Shown piece by piece: positions 63,617 through 64,000 of a stretch of 64,000 nt of DNA. The notes under the pieces were generated by a model. That model was given only the letters and a program-made list of their open reading frames with translations. It had not been told where the DNA came from and ran no database searches. Both the position numbers and the translations under genes were made by a program. The DNA comes from Octopus sinensis (taxonomy: Eukaryota): NCBI RefSeq assembly GCF_006345805.1, contig NC_043010.1:23560001-23624000 (forward strand), in the 5' to 3' direction. Positions within the stretch are counted from its first letter, which is position 1; each line of letters opens with the position of its first letter.

Positions 63617-63798
63617 TTATTCGGTAGCCATGATAAAACTCCGAGTTTCGGATGTCGGAGCGGAAACCCACGCCGGCATCTCTTCAGTTATCGGGCATTT
63701 CATAGCTTTTTTCCGATGGTCCGATAACTGAAGAGATGCCGGCGTGGGTTTCCGCTCCGACATCCGAAACTCGGAGTTTTATCATGGCTACCGAATAA
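63617..63798. repeat. Perfect 78-bp inverted repeat (63617-63694 / 63721-63798) made of a hammerhead motif
   Basis: Arms are exact reverse complements by eye; 26-nt spacer. Confidence 0.9.
63723..63783 (+). ncRNA. Type I hammerhead motif (mirror copy on the minus strand in the left arm)
   Basis: GATAA CTGAAGA [GATG-c-CGG-c-GTGG-gttt-CCGC-t-CCG-a-CATC]C GAAA CTC-g-GAGT T TTATC; triplet GTT, one bulged C in stem II. Confidence 0.62.
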
Positions 63799-63844
63799 TT
63801 GCTACATATATTTACACACACACACACATACACACACACACACA

Positions 63845-63891
<47 letters not shown>

Positions 63892-64000
63892 ATATATATA
63901 TCGTACGTAGTTCCAAATAGGCTTCATAATTTCTTGCATGCACCAAAAGGGAAAAAAAGTTGTAGTGATTAATGGAAATGTGAATCATCAGCTTCAAACG

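Overview
Very repeat-rich, AT-rich eukaryotic DNA in which I found no host protein-coding exon I can support. The microsatellite load and the tRNA-SINE families suggest an octopus/cephalopod genome (inference). Contents: (1) Neptune-type Penelope-like elements (PLEs; RT + GIY-YIG), including a head-to-head inverted insertion with a long open RT-EN frame at 20.1-23.7 kb. (2) A cluster of R4/Dong-clade (RLE) non-LTR retrotransposons at 31-48.6 kb whose 3' ends all run into (TAA)n arrays. (3) Tx1/L1-like, CR1-like and RTE-like fragments. (4) mariner/Tc1, pogo-like, hAT-like and Helitron-like non-autonomous elements. (5) Many tRNA-SINEs. The strongest hidden signal, read by eye, is a set of hammerhead ribozyme (HHR) motifs from several unrelated families. 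A ~490-bp tandem and inverted array at 2.3-4.3 kb carries one HHR per unit and is a candidate non-LTR retrozyme. The PLE 3' ends carry U3-A8 core HHRs. A fold-back family carries G3-C8 core HHRs. A perfect 78-bp inverted repeat consists of little more than an HHR. A tRNA-head/(TAA)n/HHR composite appears to have had its TAA tract invaded by a Dong LINE. All folds are manual base-pairing and were not computed or tested. Many single-base indels lie in homopolymers and may be sequencing errors.
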